Below are positions 63,981 through 64,000 of a stretch of 64,000 nt of DNA, in pieces. The position numbers and the translations under genes are program-made. The notes beneath the pieces are model-generated. The model did not search any database and was not told where the DNA came from. It was given only the letters and a program-made list of their open reading frames with translations. Source of the stretch: Amoebidium appalachense. Taxonomy: Eukaryota > Protista > Ichthyosporea. The stretch covers positions 9,459,059 through 9,523,058 of the forward strand of contig CAVNZM010000002.1 in NCBI GenBank assembly GCA_963693365.1, given 5' to 3'. Within the stretch, counting starts at the first letter, position 1, and each line of letters begins with the position of its first letter.

Positions 63981-64000
63981 TTAAGACATGTAAGTCGGCT

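Overview
Intron-rich eukaryotic DNA, probably from a protist (taxon not determinable here), saturated with poly-C/G, (CA)n and (CT)n tracts, so almost all long entries in the ORF track are repeat artefacts. Four genes were reconstructed by hand from splice sites and phases: (1) a GH35 beta-galactosidase on the minus strand (18 exons seen, runs off the left edge, 5' end unresolved); (2, 3) two tandem 9-exon class C (7tm_3/GABA-B-like) GPCR paralogs on the minus strand, whose ectodomain looks like a bacterial family-1 sugar solute-binding protein rather than a Venus flytrap; (4) the N-terminal part of a WDFY3/ALFY/LvsA-type BEACH protein on the plus strand (22 exons seen, runs off the right edge). 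Non-coding highlights are a dispersed, sense-oriented intronic element with a covarying long hairpin and hammerhead-ribozyme core motifs in non-canonical order, three TTAA-flanked MITEs, an interleaved triple inverted-repeat mosaic, an antisense chimeric exon copy inside its own intron, and poly-C tracts placed just after weak 5' splice sites. Several single-base indels, mostly in homopolymers, suggest assembly errors. All family assignments come from motif recognition, not database searches.
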